Shown: positions 46,300 through 61,313, counted from the whole stretch's first letter. The stretch is DNA of 61,604 bases, filler included, from Chiloscyllium plagiosum (GCF_004010195.1; 3 parts of one record of this genome joined end to end with filler, not necessarily neighbours in it); one strand, 5' to 3'. Notes: generated by a model not told the origin, from the letters alone. A program made the numbers and translations.

Positions 46300-46383
46300 T
46301 TACTGCCCTCTGGGCAATTAGTGATGAACAATAAATTATGGTTTAGTCTGTGACACCCACACCCCATGAATGAATGACAAAAA
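46300..46383 (+). mobile_element. SINE 3' tail remnant (SacSINE1-like)
   Basis: GGGCAATTAGTGATGAACAATAAA..GACACCCACACCCCATGAATGAATGACAAAAA. Confidence 0.5.
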
Positions 46384-48554
46384 GGTTGAACTTTAAAAGT
46401 AATTTTCCAGCTTTTCCAACTCCACATTTACTGTCTTCAGAATCTGAAGATCCCACAATATTTAATGGAAAATGTGATGGTTCATTTTTTGAACCTTCAG
46501 TATCCATTTCTTGATAGTTTCTTGTGCTTGATGCTACCATTTTGTCAAACTAACAGCCTAAGATTATGGATTGATTCATATCCATTTTATGTTATGGCAG
46601 TTCATGGATGATAGACCCAATTTCAATCGTAGTGTTGCATTATATATAGTGTGATTCTGGGTGTGAAAAATTCAAGAACATACACATTAAATGTTTTCCA
46701 AGTATTTTCTGACATTGCCACTTACCAAAAAATGTGTTGACAGCTGCCATTTGCTTCTGCAAGTACAAAACCAATGTTGCAAATTCTGTTCCATGGAGTA
46801 GATTCCACAATACTAGGTGCTCTGGTATACTCTCATTTAAGAAAATTTTCTACAAAACTAAGGAGCCATAAGAGGCAGAAAATTTGATAATGTCATGTCT
46901 TTTCTGTTAGAAATACACTGTGCTATGCTGCTGAACATTTTTAGTATGTCATTTGGTCTCAGTTGTAATGTAATCCCAACAACTGGTTGGTCTGATACCT
47001 TCCTGATCTGCTCACTGGGCCTGTCCTTTGCTATTTAAACTGAGCACAAACTCATATCTCTCCTTGAATTCAAACTTACTGCTAATCAGGCACACTCTCG
47101 CTGCCTTGGCTGGATATTCAGCCTGAGACCCTAAATTGCATCCTATCTTATTATACTTAATTGAACCCATATTGTTGCCATCATTCTTCACCACAAACCA
47201 GCTATCCAGACAACTGAGCTAACCCACACTGGCTAATGCACCATCAAAGTCCTGCTTTTTCAGCCTCTCCCCTCGCCTGAGGCCTGGTGACCCCCAGGTT
47301 AAACTCGCCATCAAGCATTTCTCTCAAATGAGAAAGCAGCCTAGCGGTCCTCTGGGACTATGGTGATTTTACCTTCACCTTTTTACTTAACTGTGAAGAC
47401 ACCAGTAACTCTGTTATGCATCATTTCATTAGACCTAATAATTTCTTGTATATCTTAAGCCATATACATTGCACAAACAAATGAAGTTTTGGTGAGAAAG
47501 AAGGAGGAGCAATGCATTCAATTTTGAAATTGTGCATCAGAAGGTCACAGTAAAATATAGATGTGGGTTGAGTGTAAAAGTCAATTTGCAATTGTGAAAG
47601 ATATTTAAATTCACTGTGAAATGTCAATCTTTTTATTACCACTTATGAAATATTGACTCCCTCCTTAATTAGAAAAAGCTGTTAGAGGTGTTGACACACA
47701 TGGTAGCAATTACAGCTGTAGTGAAATATTTTCTTTTTTACCTTTTATTTCCTCTTTCAGGCAAACTAAATATGATAAACTAATTTTAAAGAAAGAATGC
47801 ATGAAATTTGCATTTAATTTATGATAATTCATTAAAATTTCAACATATGTGGAAAACCTTAATTCCTTAGATATTATATATTAGTTACTTGGATGTAATT
47901 GTCCTATTGACCCTGTCCCTAAAGTAATTCATCTAACTTTAATGTACTTGTAATTGGCATTTAAGATGACTATCAGATTGACTTGGATAACTGCAGTATG
48001 GCATAAGTCTTCATATTTTAGCATCTTTGACTGAAGTAGATAATCAAATTTTCAGCAACATGAAAAATTTGGTTTTATTTCAAATTTTCTTAAAGGCCCA
48101 TAACAACTTTAAGTAGAAATGCACTATTTTATAATCAGAGAAACAGAAGGTCAGAAAATTGTATTGGTGTCTTAATGCTCTCGCTTTACTATACTTGCAT
48201 TCTCATTTACATATGCATCTTGACTATTAATTAATACTATTTTCTTAAAGTTTTGTGTGCAATATTTACATGTTTAAATCCAGAAAATTTGTGTAAAATA
48301 TCCCTATTTAAATTCACAAGGAGCTCTTGATCTCTTTGTTAGTACAAATAAAATTATAATTTAGTGGAGTTGTTTAATTATTGTGGATGAGACAGCGCAC
48401 ATACAAGCAGACCGTTAATAGTGAGTAAAGTAAGAGGATATAACTATAAGATTAAATGCAAAGTATTTAGGATAAACAGCAGGGGAAGCTACTTTTTTGT
48501 GAGATTGTGGACCAGACCATAATTGAAGCTGAAACCATGTCAACATTTAAGAAT

Positions 48555-50935
48555 ATGGGACCTGGAAAAGTCCATTCAGCCCCTCAAGCCTATTCCACCA
48601 TTTAGTGACATTATGGCTGATCTGTGGCTTAACTCCATATACCTACCCTCACCCATTTCCCTTAATACCTTTGCTTTAATAAAAAAAAATCTATCTCAAA
48701 CTTAAAATTAACAATTGATCCAGCATCTGCTGAAGTTTGTGAGAGTTCCAAGCATCTCCCACCCTTTGTGTGTAGGGTGTAACATATCTCTTGAACAGTC
48801 TGACCCTAATTCTTAGACTATGCCCCCTAGTTTAAGAATCCCTAACCAGATGAAATAAATTATTTTTATTTATACCAAAGCTTCTCCTGTTAATATCTTG
48901 AAGAGTTGATTTAGAGTCATAGAAACGGATAGCACGAAAACAGACCCTTCGGTCCAATTTGTCCATGCCGACCAGATATCCTAACGTAGTCTAGTCCCAT
49001 TTGCCAGCACTTGGCCCATATCCCTCTAAATCCTTCCCATCCTTTTAAATGTTGCAATTGTACCACCCTCCACCACTTCCTCTAGCAGCTCATTCCATAC
49101 ACACACCACCCTATGCGTGAAAGAATTGCCCCTTAGGTCTCTTTTATATCTTCCCCCTCTCACCCTAAACCTATGCCCTCTAGTTATGGACACCCCCAGC
49201 CAAGGGAAAATACTTTGTCAATTTACTCTATTTATGCCCCTAATGATCTTATAAATCTTTGTAAGGTCACCCTTCAGCCTTCACTCCAGGGAAAACAGCC
49301 CTAGCCTATTCAGCCTCTCGGTATAGCTCAAATCCTCTGCTCCTGGCAACATGCTTGTAAATATTTTCTGAATCCTTTCAAGTTTCACAACATCCTTCCA
49401 ATAGGAATGAGACCAGAATTGCAAGCAATATTCCAAAAGTGGCCTAACCAACGTCCTGTACTGCCGCAATGACACCTCCCAACTCCTATACTCAATGCTC
49501 TGACCAATAAAGGAAAGTATACCAAATGCTTTCTTCACTATCCTATCTACCTGCGACCCTACTTTCTTGAAATCACGTGTACCTAAGTACAAGTTTTGTT
49601 TGCAAACAGTACAGGCAGATCATAGTAAGCAAGGACATACAAGGATGCTTGGACAGACTGAGGCATACAAGTTGCACTGCACAGCACACATGCAAAGCAA
49701 GATCAACATTAACAAGATCCACATTATGTCAAGTTAAAGAGTTCATTCATCAGTCTAATAATGGCAGAGAAGAAGCTGTTTTTGAACCTGTTGGTGCATG
49801 TGTTCCAGCTTCTGTATCTTCTACCTGACAGAAGAGGTTGTAGGAGAGCATTACGGGGGTGGGAGGGGTCTTTGATGATGTTAACAATTCAATTAGATCA
49901 CCCCTTAATCTTCTGAAATTCTAGGGAAACGAGGCCCAATTTGTACAGTCTTTCCTCAACCTAACCCCTGAAGTCCAGATATCATTCTTGTAAACCTATA
50001 TTGTATTCCCTCCAAGGCCACATCCTTCCTCAGATGTGGTGCTCACAATATTCCAATTGGGGGTCTAACAAGGGTTTTGTATAACCTGCAGCACAACTTC
50101 TGCACCCTTGTACTCCAACCCTCTCAATGTGAAGGCAGCATTCCATTACCTTTCTTGATTGCACCTGATTGTGATATTTTAAACATCTATGCATCTGCAC
50201 CCCCAGGTGTCTTTGGATATCTGCTGTATTTAGCTTCAAATCATCTAAAATGTATCCATATCTATCCTTTTACAGTCCAAAATGGATAACCTTACTCATG
50301 TTTATGTTCAACTCTATCTACCACAGTTTTGTCTATTCACTTAGTCCACCAATATCTCTTTGTAATTTTATGTTGCCTTCTTCACCGTCTACAATGTCAC
50401 CTAATTTTGTATCATCAGTAAATTTGGATATATAACTTTCTATGCTGTTATCCAAGTCATTAATAAATAATGTGAATAATTAAGGACCTAACACAGATGT
50501 TTGTGGGACACCACTAGTCACATCCTGCCAATTTGAGTACCTACCTATTATCTGTACTTTCTGTCATCTTCTCTGCCACCTAACCAATTTCCTAACCATG
50601 TCAGTAATTTGTCCTCAATTCCAGGCCTTTTACCTTAGTCAACAGTATCTTGTGTGGGACTTTGTTAAATGCCTTTTGGAAGTCCATATAAACAAAGTCC
50701 ATAGTCATTCCTCTGTCCATTATCTTCATTACCTCTTCAGAAAGTTCAGTGAGGTTTGTCAGGCATGGCCTACTGATCATGAATCCATGCTGGCTCTCCC
50801 TGATTGACTGAAAATGTTCAAGGTGCTCAGTTGCCCCATCCTTCATTATAGACATCCAACAACATCCCCATCACAGATGTGAGGCTAACTGGTTTGTAAT
50901 TCCCTTTTTTTTAAACCTTTCACCCTTCTTAAAAT
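48555..50935 (-). mobile_element. Nested LINE cluster: an older CR1 (48555-48910 and ~49888-50935) interrupted by a second CR1 (48912-49575) and a Rex/Babar-like fragment (~49580-49885)
   Basis: RT motifs SQHGFMISRPCLTNL..DFVYMDFQKAFNKVPH (50601-50855) and EYCLQFWS (49281-49592). The outer element resumes at TTAGATCACCCCTTAATCTTC. Confidence 0.75.
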
Positions 50936-51567
50936 ATAGGTTATATTAATGGTAGAAGGAAAGGGGAATAAAGGGGCATTGGAACAGACTGAACATTATG
51001 ATTATAGTTCATGTTCAAGATGAACACCAACATAGACTGGTTGTACCAAACAGCCTGAATTGTAATTATTGTATAATTCTGTGCATTTCAAAGTACTTCT
51101 GGTGCCTCAATGAGTATATTTTGGAACTTGGGTTTCATAACTTCAAATTTCCAGATTTGTCACTGTTCTCAGTAATGAATTCACAAGGAGATTTATAGTA
51201 GCAAAATCTGTTTCATAGCCCTTTTGGGTAAATGCAAGGCATCAGCAAAAGTAAGTATAAAACAGATTAATGAATAATCCAGTACATGCTGTATTTAAAT
51301 TAAGGACAGAGAGCTGATTAAACTACGAGGTTTTTATTTTGTACTTTAATTAGTTGGAATTACATTATTCCAGCATGGGAATGTAGAAAATACAAGATCA
51401 GTAAATACTCTTTCAGCCGTGCAGATCCGATTTCAATTGCATAGTGTATATCTACGCACATCTCAAAACCTATTCAGCTTGGACATGCATGTCCTTTATT
51501 TACAACTCTCACCAATTTTGCATCTTGCCTTTTCTAAGATGGCATTCATGTCCCCTCATTCTGGAAT

Positions 51568-51875
51568 TTGATTAGATTTGATTAGATTACAGTGTGGAAA
51601 CAGGCCCTTCGGCCCAACAAGTCCACACCGACCCGCCGAAGTGTAACCCACCCGTACCCCTACCCCTACCCCTACATTTACCCCTTGCCTAACACTACGG
51701 GCAATTTAGCATGGCCAATTCACCTGACCTGCACATCTTTGGACTGTGGGAGGAAACCGGAGCACCCAGAGAGAACGTGCAAACTCCACACAGTCAGTCG
51801 CCTGAGGCGGGAATTGAACCCGGGTCTCTGGCGCTGCGAGGCAGCAGTACTAACCACTGTGCCACCGTGCCGCCC
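51568..51875 (-). mobile_element. HE1-type V-SINE, full length
   Basis: A box TGGCACAGTGG, B box GGTTCAATTCC, V core with a small deletion and (TAATC)-type tail. Confidence 0.92.
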
Positions 51876-51929
51876 ACGGTGGTAATTCTGAATATTATGA
51901 AAAGTTAACTTACTAATTATTTCAAATTT

Positions 51930-53820
51930 TGAATCTTGAGAGGAGTATAAGAACAATAGGAATATACTTAAAAGGGAAATCAGGAGGGCAAAAAGGAGAC
52001 ATGAGATAGCTTTGGCTATTAGTTACTGAAAATCCAAAGAGATTCTACAAATACGTTAAAGGCAGAAGGCCCTCTTAATGATCCACAAAGCTATCAATGT
52101 GTGGAACCCACAGGAGATGGGTGAGATACTTAACAAATATTTCATACTCGTATTTGCTGTGGGGAAGCACACAGAAGCTAGGGAGCTTGGGGAAATAAAT
52201 AGTGATGTCTTGAATACAGCCCATATTACAAATGAGGAGGTACTGAAGGTCTTAAAATGCATAAAAGTGGATAAATCCCCAGGACCTGATCAGGTGTTTG
52301 CCAGAACTTTGTGGCAAGCTAGGGATGAGATTGCTGGGCCTCTTGCTGAGATATTTGTATCATCAACAGCCACAGGTGAGGTGGCGGAAGACTGGAGTTG
52401 TCAAATGTGGTGCCATTATTTCAGAAAAGCTGTAAGTAAAATAGACTAGTAAGTCTGACATTTTTGATGGGTAAGTTGTTGGAGAGGATTCTGAGGGACA
52501 GGGTTTACATGCATTTGAAAAGATAACGACTGATTAGGGATAGTCAACATGACTTTCTGTGTGGGAAAACATGTCTCACTAACAAGATTTAATTTTTTGA
52601 AGAGATGACAAACAAAATTGATAAAGGAGGGTGGTAGATGTTGTCTATATGAATTTCGGCAAGGTTTTCGACAAGATTCCAATTGATAGACTGGTTAGCA
52701 AAGTTGGATCATATGAGATCCAGGGAGAGCTAGTTAATTGGTATAAAATTGGCTTGAAGGTAGGAGACGGTGGTAGTGGTGGATGTTTTTCAGACTGAAG
52801 GTACCTGTGACCAGTGGTATACCACAGGATCGGTGCTAGGTCCGGTGCTAGGTCCACTGCTTTTCATTATTTACGTAAATGCTTTGGATGTGAATACAGG
52901 AGATGTGGTTAGTAAGTTTGTAGATAACACCAAAATAGGTAGTGTAGTGGACAATGAAGAAGATTGTCTCAGTGTACATAGGACCTTGATCAGGTGGGCC
53001 AATGGGCCAAGGAGTGGCAGACGGAATTTAATTTAGATAAATGTGAGGTGTTGCATTTTGGCAAGGCAAACCAGGGCAGGACTGTTACACTAAGTGGTAG
53101 GGTCCTGGGAAGTGTTGTCAAACAGACCTAAGGGTGTTGGTGTATAATTCCTTGAAAGTGGAATTGCAGGAGACTGGGTGGTGAAGGAGGAGTTTGGCAT
53201 GCTTGCCTTCATTGGTCAGTGCATTGAGTATAGAAGTTGGGATATGGTGTTCCGGCTGTACAGGAGATGTATAGGCTGTAAGTATATTTTTAGTATACTG
53301 CATACAGTTCTGGTTGCCCTCCTTTAGAAAGGATATTGTTAAACTTGAGAGGGTACAGAAAAGATTTACAAGGATGTTACTGGGATTGTAGGGTTTGAGC
53401 TATAAGGAGCTGCTTTTTTCCCTGAAGTGTCAGAGGCTGAAGGGTGATCTTATAGAGGTTTATAAAATCATGAGAGGCGTGGTTAGGGTGGATAGCCAAC
53501 ATCTTTTCCCTTGGATGGGGGAGTACAAATCTAGAAGGCGTAGGTTTAAGGTGAGAACAGAAAGATTTAAAAAGGGCCTGAGGGGCAACCTTATCACGCA
53601 GAGGGTGGTCCTTGTAGAGAACAAGTTGCTGGAGGAGGGGGTGGAGGCTGATAGAATTACAGCATTTAAAAGGCATCTGGAAGGGTATATGAAGAGGAAG
53701 AGTTCAGAGGAATATGGGCCAGATGCTGGCAAATGGAGATCGGTCAGATTGGGATGTCTGGTCAGTGTGGATGTGTTGGACCAAACAGTCTGTTTCTATA
53801 CCATGTGAATCTATGACTGT
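51930..53820 (+). mobile_element. CR1 LINE ORF2 3' half, decayed
   Basis: IKVDKSPGPDQV; GSVLGP..LLFIIYVNALD..SKFVDNTK; RLKGDLIEVYKIMRG; CTATGACT tail. Confidence 0.9.
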
Positions 53821-55189
53821 ATTTAGTTGGTGTCTCCACTGTACCTTCTCTTCTGAGTAAGTTATTCCAAGCTCTTCACTTATTCATCCCTTGAATATCT
53901 TAAGCTACTTCTCAGTCAGTTGGTTGCTCTCTCTGCACTGCCTCCAAGACCTAGATATCCTCGTAGCAATGCAGCGACCACAACATTTTATGATCGGTCT
54001 TTGGGGACAAATAAGTGGGAGCTCTGAGCCTGAGATTGTTCCAAGTAGACATGCCAAGTGAAGGAGAATTGGAATCAAGTCAATCTTTCATGGTTTGTCG
54101 TACTCCTGGGCTCTGTGTTGATTGACCCATTGGCCTGATTCAGTAAAGCATCTTGAAGTTGCAGAACTGCTCTTGGAACTGTGATTCTTCTTAATTGTTT
54201 GTAATTCTTTGCCCTAACCAGAGTTTATAAATGGTCCATGCTGATAGGCTGTGTAGTTGGTTAAATTTCAGTTGTATTCCTGTGCATGCTTGGTGATCCT
54301 GAAGCATGCTGTTCCCTTTAAGTAGGTAAATGCAGTATGCCCTCCATGTCAGATAAACAGCAGCTGTCTTTCTCAGCAGCATGGTTTGAAAAGTTTGGGT
54401 TACCTACATATAGTCATGTTAAGATGTTTCCTTGAGATCCCTCTGAAATATGTCCGTAGGTAATGCATGAGCATAGTTTTTGCAGTTTTGAGAGAAAATG
54501 AAACATCCATTGTCCCTTGAACAATGCTTTTTATTTTAATTGTATCCTAATTCCAAAATAGACTTTCTAAAAAAATCTTTGTCAGTATTCATTTCCTGAA
54601 AAAGGCAAAAATAATCTGGTCTAATTTCATGAAAAAAATTGAGTAGGCCTGGTCAGAGTTATTCAACAGTTGCAGGCTTTAACTCCCTCCCCCCCCCCCC
54701 ACAAGTGATAGAAGTGCTAACAAAAGACACTCGTCCTCCACTGAGTTTATCGGAATATAAATTAATTGGCTTAAGTCCTTGCTCGCAATTTAATGATTGC
54801 AAATATTTACGGGAAAGATTTGTCTAGAGACTTTTTGTTTATACTTCTCGGAACAATTGCTGGTATCGAAGGAGCATTGCAGTCTTGAAACTGACTACTG
54901 CTAAGTGCATACTTAGCTCCAGTGTCCTAGGTTACAGAGAGGAAATCAGCCAGGATTCTTAGTGCAGTTCCACAAATAATGTTTAAGGTCATCGTGGGTT
55001 AACACTGGTAAGAATAAGACTAGTCTTTACTGTGATGGGTTTCAAGTTGAGTAGCCTGCTCATGGTTACTGTGTGTTGAAAACTGAAATATGAGTAGAAG
55101 CCATTGGGCGAGGTTGCAGAGGTCAAGTGATTCTAATGAAACTGTACCTTAGCAAGCAATAACCTCTTTAGTCGAGAGGGAAGATGCAA

Positions 55190-55505
55190 TTAAATTATGC
55201 TTATTATTGATAAACATTCATAATGGGGTCACAGTTTAAAGATAAGGAGTCACCTATTTAAGACAGGGGTGAAGAAACCTTTTTTTATCTTGGAGCGGTG
55301 AATTTTCTTCCTCAAAAACCAGTGATTGCCGAATCTTTAAATATTTTTAAGGCCGAGGTAGACGGATTCTTGGTTATCAAGGGTGTGAAAGTTTATTGAA
55401 TATGCAGGAATGTAGAATTGACTTTTAAATCAGATCAGCAATGATTTTATTGAGTTGTAGATCAGGCTGGAAGAGCTAAGTAGCCTGCTCTGATTCTTTG
55501 TTCCT
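55190..55505 (+). mobile_element. Old CR1 3' fragment
   Basis: GGGGTCACAGTTTAAAGATAAGG..TTTAAGGCCGAGGTAGAC.GATTCTTG..AGATCAGC.ATGAT. Confidence 0.65.
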
Positions 55506-57944
55506 AAGTGAAAACCTGTTTTTATCTGTGATCTTGAACATTGGCATCACTATAGAATATTGTGCTTCTGCAATGATGAAAAATTAAAATGAATTTATAC
55601 ATGTTTATAAATTCTTTACAGTTTACAAATGTTTGAAATATTCTGTAAATAAGGCCAGATCTGGTTTACCTGTGCTAACTCTAGATAGATCAGACAGTAC
55701 GTGCAAACAGTTGCTGAACATGCTGAATAACCAGACAGATAACCATGAAACCTTGGGCAATATGCACCATTTTGTTCAGAAAGTGATAGGAATGCAATCT
55801 ATATTGTCTTCTATCGTGTTTCTTGTGAGACTATTGACACTGGGACACCAGAGGCCCTAGGAGTGGACTCATTTGTGACAATTAATTGGTCTGGGTGTCT
55901 CCAGATTACAAGAAAAAGAGAATTAAGGTTTTATCTGCTGACCACTGTTCAGTGGTTCTTGTTTGAAAATGCAAGTGTATGGATCTCATTTAAGAATGTG
56001 TTACTGCGTTGTGAACTTCCTCATCTCTCCATTGTCATGGTTTATATGTTTGTTTTCTGAAGTCACGAAATGGCCAGGTAGCGAGATATTGAATAGCATG
56101 AGTTCCATTGTCAACTGTATCCAGGATAAGTTATTGCTCCAGGAGAGAGAGACAGAGCACAGGTGGAAATTTAAAATATTCCACTTGAAAGAATAATCCA
56201 CTTTGTCTTAAGGTTTCAATTTTGGGCAAAATAGAAATTCTGCTCAATACATACCTGAAATTGAGTTGTTTATGTTTTAAATCCTGCTAAAATTCATTTA
56301 TATATTCACAAATTTAAAAAGTTTCATAAAGTAACTCAATAATAGAATACAATTGTTTTATCTTTATTTTTAAAAACTTGATATTTTTAAGAAAGACAAC
56401 CTGGTGCTGTTTTGTGAAAACAACTGCACTAAAACTCTTTAAAAAGTCCACAGTCTATGAGTAACTCGATTTAAAAGACACTGAACCATTAATAGTTTAG
56501 TTGATGTACACCAGTCAGTTTCTTAGCAAATTGAAGACGTTTTATATTTTAACTGTGCCCAGCTATGCACCCCAAGAGAATGAACATAATTTGAAAAGCT
56601 TGCCAAAATCAGTGCAACAGCTTGAATTTGTGTTTTGCTTTGAGGCTGGGACCAGTTCTGTGAACAGGGCCTATATCAGGTGAATTGAATCATGGAGCAG
56701 TATAATTATTTCCTGATAACACAAGCAAAATAAGTGGTTTTAAAGTACCTGATTCTTAATTCCACTCAGATTGCACTGTGGAGTGGCTTAGTTGCTGGTC
56801 CACCTTCACTGTTCTGTACTTACATGACTTTACTGTATCCCGGAAATGTTCTTGAAGTATTTAGAAGCTTGTATCTCCTTAAAATGTCTCACACATGTCA
56901 TGTGACTCTAGAATGCCTGCCAGATTACAGTGACTGTTGGTTGACACTATAAGTGACCTTTTTTTGTAATGACCAACTTGTCCATACATTGAAACCAGAT
57001 TGTCAGTTGTAAACATAGAACATGCAGCAAGTATTTCTTCAATCGTCAGACAAAAATATCCACAAAAACAAATCACAGATGTCTCGTGTTCAGTATTTTG
57101 GAGTGGAAGCATTCTGAAAAGAAGACCTGGCTCATGCAGTACACAAATAAGCAAAGAGATAGTTATACAGGAATACTTTCAATGTAAAGTACTTGGACAT
57201 GTAAATGATAAGGGGAAAAGAATTAGGATTTTTTCATTCTTTGGTTGACAGATCAGTGTTGAGAAAAAACTGGATCTGACCAATAGAAGAATTTAGACCA
57301 CTGATTTTGTTTGTTTTATTTACAAGCCCAAATTTGAAAAGGGGCATGCAGAGCATTTGGAAAGTTGCAACTTATTGGACCATTTCATTGTGTCAAAAAT
57401 ATAGCTCAGAATGAATCTATTCAGTGGAAACAGTCAGCCCGGATTTTCCAGTCTCCTTTGAGTTGGTAGCATCTCTGATTAGAAAGTATTCTGCCTGCTA
57501 CTGAAATAGCCATATTTTGCCTCTCGAAGTGTTTGTAGTGCACTTCCATTTAATTGCACCAAAACCAAAGTTGTGACACAATAGGCTTGAGTTGCCTGGT
57601 CTCACAGCTGCTGTCGATATTTTGTGTAAATGATTTCATTTTATCCTTGAACCTGTACATTGTTTGCCCTGCCCTCTTGCTGTCTAATGTGCTCATTAGA
57701 TGGCTCTTGCGTCCACAAACCAAACAGGATTAATAGTGAAATGCATGGCAAAGATAATTTGAAGTAGGCTTTTGGGAAAGGTGGGAGATGTAGAATATAA
57801 CTGAACCTGTCTTGACTTCTCTGCAATGTTTTAAAGTTCTCTTGAAATGATTATTGCTGGGACAATGGATCTCCATTAGGCAAACTTTCCACAGCTAGCT
57901 AATGGGTTGATGGTGCAGAAACAGCAGATCTTTCCCTTAATTAT

Positions 57945-58645
57945 TGAAAGTAGTCACAGGTAGATGGGATCATGAAGAAGGCATTTGGTATGCTTTCCTT
58001 TATTGGTCAGAGTACTGAGTCGAGAGGTCATGTTGCGGCTCTACAGGACGTTGTTTAGGCCACTTTTGGAATATTCTAGTCTCCTTCCTATCAGAAGGAT
58101 GTTGTGAAACTTGAAAGGGTTCAGAAAAGATTTACAAGGATATTGCCAGGGTTGGAGGTTTGAGCTATAAGGAGAGGTTGAATAGGCTGGAGCTGTTTTT
58201 CCTGGAGCATTGGAGGCTGAGGCTGCCTTACAGTGGTTTATAAAATCATGAGGGGCATGGATAGGATAAATAGCCAAAGTCTTTTACCTGGGTTGGGGGA
58301 GTCCAGAATTAGAGGGTATAGGTTTATGGTGAGAGGGGAAAGATATAAAAGAGACCTAAGGGGCAAGCTTTTCACTCAGAGGGTGGTACGGGTATGGAAT
58401 GAGCTGCCAGAGGAAGTGGTGGAGGCTGGTACAATTGGAACATTTAAAAAGCATCTGGCTGGGCATATGAATAGGAAGGGTTTTGAGGGATATGGACCAA
58501 GTGCTGGCAAATGGGACTAGATTAGATTAGGATATCTGGTTGGCATGGTCAAGTCGGACCGAAAGAGTCTGTTTCTGTGCAGTATAGTTTCATAGTGTCA
58601 GAAGCAGAAGTAGGCCACTTGGCCCACTGTACATCTCTATGACGA
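57945..58645 (+). mobile_element. CR1 3' fragment
   Basis: VYKIMRGMDRINSQSL..FTQRVVRVWNELPEEVVEAGT. Confidence 0.88.
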
Positions 58646-60720
58646 GTTCATAGAATGTTTTGGGGATAGTTTCTTAGTGTGTTTTGGAGTTAACCAGGGA
58701 ACAAGCTATAATAGACCTCTTATTATGTAATGAGATGGGATTAATTAATGATTTCACGTCACAGGTGCTATTGATAGCGGAGACCATAATATGTTTGAGG
58801 TTACATTCCATTTGAGGTAGAAAGGAGCAGATCTGAAACTAATGTTTTCACTTTAAGTAAATGCCATTTGAGGGCATTAAAGTAGAATTAGCAAATTAGC
58901 TTAAATATTAGGTCAGTGCGGATGCAATAGCAGATATTTAAAGGGATATTTCAGAATACTTAGAATAAATACATTCCAACGAATAAGAAAATGCTAAGAA
59001 CAGACCCACCATTCATTGATAACTAGAAATGTTAAAGATAGTATTAAACTAAAAGAAAAAGCAGACAAATGGGAAGTCAAAAGATTGAACAGAATGTTGA
59101 AAAAAACAAAGTAGGAGAAATTAGTCCAGAAAGTTGTTAGACTAATACTTGGAATGGGCAAATTCTCTTATCAGGAAAGTTTGGATAGACTAAGCTTGTA
59201 TCCATTTGAGTTTAGGAGAGTAATTGAAACATGTAAAATTCTGAGGGTAGGGTAGATGTGAAGAGGATGCTTCCTGCATGGCAGAATCCAGGGGTCACCT
59301 TGTAAAATACATGGGTTGTCCATTTAAAACAAAGATTTTTTTTCTCTAAGGGTTACAAGTCTTTGAAACGCTCTTAGTGAAAAGTTGGTGGAAGCAGAAT
59401 CCTTGATTTTTTTTAAGTCAGTGAAAGATGCTTGTTAAACAAGGGGTCAAAACGTTATTAGGTGGGCAGGTAAAAGTTATCATCAGATCCTGTTGAATGG
59501 CAGAGCAACTATTTCAATGTGGTATTGAGTTCAGCTTCATGTGCATTTGAAAAGTTGTGTTTTTTTTAAAACCATGTTTCACTTAAAAACTGAGAGAAGA
59601 TAATCTTATTTACTATGGAGCAGTGGAGACATGTGATGCTTGGCACCATTGTCAGTATCTGGGACAGTGACAACAATTCAGTGGGTTACCGTAGGCAACC
59701 CATGGAACTGTAGAGAAAGCATTTCCCAAAACAGGATAAGTGAAAAGGAATAATCAGAGAACTATTGCTTTCCAATATTATAAACAATGTTACTAATAAT
59801 GAAGGGTGTAATAGAACAAAAAACAATTTGAAAAGAACACTAATTATAACCAAAAACATGGGAATGAATGAAGTGATGATTCTGCAACCCAACCCTCAAG
59901 AATTCAGAACTAAAATTAAAACATTAAAGGTATTGCCATATGGTAATCAGGATATAAATGGTAAGATGGAAGATGTAAATGTCTGGATGGAGAAATGACC
60001 TGGAAGGTAAGGGTTCATATTCCAGCAGATAACAGATCACAATGAGATCTGTTGTGAGCAGAAGAGCCATACATATGGCAACCAGCTTCACTGAGATGTG
60101 AAAAGTGCCCCCTCCGCCGAGAAATCTCAAGGAGTATTTAAACTGATGTGGCATGAGGGATGGAAGAAACAGGACAAGGGTTTAGAGAGGGAAAAAAGCT
60201 GCCAGAAAACGAAAAGAGAAAAATGTAGTAAAGTTGAAATCGAAATATTGAGGAGAGTAAGATTATAAACTTACTTTTAATTGGATGAATTATATTGAAC
60301 AAAATTGTTAAGTTTGAGGCAATGCTGTATGGGGTGGCTGGACTGACATTATAGCAAAGACATGGTGTCTACATTGTCATGTTAATCCATTCTTACTGGA
60401 CTGCTTTTCACCTTTGTTATGTTTGGTCCAAGCACTCCAACTTGTGCCTAAGATAGCCTTTTCCCCAGCTTCTCATTTATCCTTTCTATGAGGACAATGT
60501 TCCTGGACCAGTTGAAGTAAAGCTTTATTCTGAATTTAGAACTTTCCCCTGTACAGAACTCTTTCAGATAGTCCAGAAATCCGAATCCACCCATCCATTC
60601 TCTCTGGATAGGTAAATGCTAATTTTTCAGTCAGTTTCTCCCTAACCTGCTCCATATGACACTGGCAATAATCTTCAGATTACTGTCTTCAAGGTCCAGC
60701 TCTTCAAACTTCTTTGACAT
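58646..60720. mobile_element. Highly decayed CR1 pieces (endonuclease, 3' end and ORF1 remnants)
   Basis: Degenerate CCAGGGAACAAGCTAT..TAGACC....TATGTAATGAGATGGGATTAATTAATGA and GACCATAATATG (APE). Other pieces are only weakly recognisable. Confidence 0.5.
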
Positions 60721-61313
60721 ATTCAGCGCTTCTTTATGAAACAGCTCACAATTTCAAGTTGTTGTATATTTTCTGCCTTTGATGGTGTAACATGTGCTGA
60801 ATAGTTTGTACTATTGGACAGGTCTTTATATGGGTCACCATGGTATCATTCATGAAAGTAAAAGAAACCAGAAATCACTATGGATGGTTTTTGGGGTTGG
60901 GTTGGGGTGTTATTCTAGAGAGATAGTCTCACTGGAGAATTATTCAAATTGGATCATGCACATTCTGTTGATCAAGCATCCTCCCTGTCCTGGATATCAA
61001 TTTGGAATGAACCAAGTTGGGAAAATTAAGAGATACTTATATGTGTGGTATCTTATTCTGATCATTCAAAGTGAAGGATCATTCCATATCATTGGATTTT
61101 ATTTAAAAGTGCGCAGGCTTTAGATGATTTGGTGTTCTCACTTGGTTAATGTTTATTCCTCTTTATGATCATAAGATAGCTGTGTTTTTTCTTAAGTGGT
61201 AGTTTTATCACATGAGCCAAGACAATTTCACATTGACATTTTCAAGCAGAGCTGACTGGGTGTTCTCTCCCTTTTGCCTCATCAGCCCACTCTGCAAATT
61301 ATCCTCCTCCTTC

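Noticed and set aside
46343..46540. Short ORFs with exon-like composition
   Set aside because: No recognisable protein similarity, and the ORF overlaps a SINE tail.
51568..51875. tRNA-like A/B boxes
   Set aside because: They are the tRNA-derived head of HE1 SINEs, not tRNA genes.
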